64,000 nucleotides of DNA from Azolla caroliniana (lineage: Eukaryota; Plantae; Polypodiophyta), in assembly GCA_043228905.1 (NCBI GenBank), contig JBHGNT010000013.1, positions 13,392,001-13,456,000 on the forward strand. Reading direction: 5' to 3'. Shown in pieces: positions 61,311 through 64,000 of this stretch. The number at the start of each line of letters is the position of its first letter. The stretch's first letter is position 1. The notes below the pieces were generated by a model. That model ran no database searches. It had not been told where the DNA came from and was given only the letters and a program-made list of their open reading frames with translations. Position numbers and translations under genes: made by a program.

Positions 61311-63662
61311 AAATGCGAGCATGTAACCACTGATTTATTTTCCAAATCAATATTCCATTACCTGCCTGCAGTACCAATATTATTGTCTAAACTTTACAAA
61401 CTTGTAACTACGAATCAATAAGTCTTCCTAATAATTTAAAATTTAAACCAACGTTCTTAAAGCTCAAATATAATCATGTCGCAGGAGAGGAGAGACTCCT
61501 AATTGATGTATTGCTGTAATGTGATATAAGTTTGGCATGATGTGGTGTAGAAAAATACTGAAATTTGAATTCAGTGTGGCTTATTCATTATTATTATTAG
61601 CAACGAAAATGGTTTCCTTGATTGAAAATTAATGTTATAGAATTTTATCATGGAGTGTAACAGCACCTACTCCTACCTATTCTACCCCAGCCAACTGATG
61701 CATAGCTGTCTGCACTGCGAGTCCTAGGTTGAACTCCAATCAATGTAATGATTCATTGTCCTAGTTTGAATTTATTAACAGATAAGGTGATGAGATTCTA
61801 TAAAGCCAAAGTAATCTCTTCCTCTATCCAACAATAGGTGGTAATAACTGTGATTAAACCAATATTGATTTTGGAAGAATTGACAAATCACCAAATGAAG
61901 GAAAAATATGCATTGTCCGACGAAAAATGAGCTGACATTAGGAAAATTCTGCATTTTTTAATGAAAAACAACCAAAAGGTCTCAAATATAATCATGTTGC
62001 AGCGAACAGTTGTGGTTCACCATAAATTAAACTGCTCACCCATCCAGAAAGCAACAAGGCAAATGCAAATGAGAGATATACGATATTTTTTTAAGAGATT
62101 CTTGAATTACATCAAGCGAAAAACTATACTAGTGTTATTTATTGAAGAAATATCCTACTGTAGATGACTTAGGCAATGGCAGGGGAGAGCGTGAAGAAAG
62201 CGAACGCTTCAAAAAATTATGTGCTACAACTATATCAAATATACTCCCACATCAATCAACTGAAATTGGGAAAGTTTTGACAGTTCTAGTGAAATAATCT
62301 GGCATTTGCAGCTGATTCATTGTTATTTTGCACTTCTCTACATGAAATGCAACTTGAAGATATCAGTAATCCTTGAAATTTTATAATGATAATAAAACTA
62401 TGGCTAAAAGTCCTATTAGTCTGGATATTCCATTAAAGAGAATGAGAATTGAGTATTTACTAATCTTACCTAAGTTAAACTGCAGTATTTTGTAATGCAA
62501 ATGAGAATTACGCATTGCTGGAATAAGAGATTCTGCCAAAAAGCCAGAGAAAGGTGCAAACCCTTATGAACATGGGTGCATGACGTGAAAACTTGTGGAT
62601 ACCTTGTCAAAGAGGCAAGAGCCGAGGCCTTGAGGTTCTGAGGGTAAACCTTGGCATCATTTGTTGATCTTCCATCACTTACTCCTCTCAATCCATGAAA
62701 ACCTAGAACTCTTTGAAGTTTTTTTAGCAATTAGAAAATTAAATTTACTCCATAGCAATCAATGATTATATATATAATATTAACATAATAATTCCCATAA
62801 CTCTCAATCCATAAAATCCTAGAACTCTTTAAAGTTACTTTAGCAATTAGAAAATTAAATTTACTCCATAGTAATCAATAACTATATATAAACATACTAA
62901 TTGCCGACAACTTTGTGTATAACAAAACAGTAGGTTTCCAGCTATCTAGAGAGATGGTCAAAAACGTCATAGTAAATAAGCAGAGCCCATGCATAAGCTG
63001 CAGAGGTGGGGCAAATCATATTGTATATATTGTGCATGAAATATTCTTTAAGCAAAAACGTTCAGAAGAGTCATTGGACAGCATACTAGGAATATATGCA
63101 AAAGCTTTTTCCTCAATAATGGTACTACTAGTGAAGAGGCCTCATGAGGACATGATTATTCAAGGTTCGGAGACAGGTCCTATGAAGCATTGAATAAAAG
63201 AGCATGCACATTAGTTTACATTTACTATTTGGCATTTCATCACAATCAGTGATTTTGGGCAGCTATTCCTGCATCCACTCTACAGATTTCACCACCACAT
63301 CATTAGTTTCAAATCCAATCACTCCTTCCAAATCATTATACACAATTGACTCCATTGACAAATCATTTTCCAGGTTAAATGAACAAGTTATCTAATAGGT
63401 ACATTCCTATTTCATAGAAAATCAAGACCTATTATGCATCATTGTGGAATTCCAGTAATTAGAAAAAACAGAAGGGATTTGGTGAAGAATACATCTTAGA
63501 CATTTATGAATATTGGTAACCTCCGCATTTGAGAGATCTATAGACATCAAAAGATGCCTAACCCATTTTAAGAGCTCCATTATTAGGCTTCACAACATTT
63601 AAAGGCAGATGAATGTTCAGGCACATCAAGATCTATGCCTTGTGAATTCTCTTTAAAATCTT

Positions 63663-64000
63663 TCAATTGTCTCCCATTACTGATGCTTTACATACAGGGC
63701 ACTGATTCTTTTGTACTAGCCATTGCTTGATGCATGCTAAGTGATGACTATGTCCACATTGCAGCACCCCAAGTTCAACAGTCTCCTCAAATTCTTCCTA
63801 AACAAAGTTTTACTAACAGGGTTAAAAAAGTTGCAGATTGAATAACAAATCATTTAAAACCACGGTTAATTATCTGGTAGTGTATACTTTTTGCCAATAA
63901 CCTAGGTTAGCTATTGATCAAGGATACATTCAACAATCCGTTTGCCAATAGTCAACTGCACAATGGAAGTTGATCAGTTTTATCTACCTGGCATATGGTG
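63663..64000 (-). CDS. RING-H2 E3 ubiquitin ligase, last two exons (gene runs off the window)
   Basis: Exon ending at 63988 gives ..TICQ|GT; exon 63797-63663 gives EEFEETVELGVLQCGHSHHLACIKQWLVQKNQCPVCKASVMGDN*. Confidence 0.9.

Overview
AT-rich land-plant nuclear DNA. It is probably from a non-seed plant such as a fern, which is only an inference from the PPR and TE style. Host genes, left to right: an epsilon-type 14-3-3 (6 coding exons), a secreted 8-cysteine prolamin/nsLTP-like protein, GDP-L-galactose phosphorylase (GGP/VTC2, 7 coding exons) with its ACG-initiated uORF, a small nsLTP, a minus-strand PLS-class PPR gene, a peroxisomal 2,4-dienoyl-CoA reductase ending in SKL, and the 3' end of a RING-H2 E3 ligase. 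The ~6.6-34 kb interval is a nested TE block. It holds one very young intact Ty1/copia (655-bp LTRs, one mismatch seen, GTTTA TSD), decayed copia, chromovirus and LINE pieces, three solo LTRs with TSDs, a MITE-sized element and tandem repeats. Four observations stand out. (1) Two small in-frame upstream exons would put an OSB-type 'PDF' ssDNA-binding motif on the N-terminus of the PPR protein. (2) The GGP uORF does not stop before the main ATG; it overlaps the CDS and ends only after a GC-AG intron. (3) The intact copia is strongly CCGG-enriched. (4) Two related chromovirus LTRs carry an antisense tRNA-like A/B-box cassette. All coordinates and splice models were read by eye and no searches were run.
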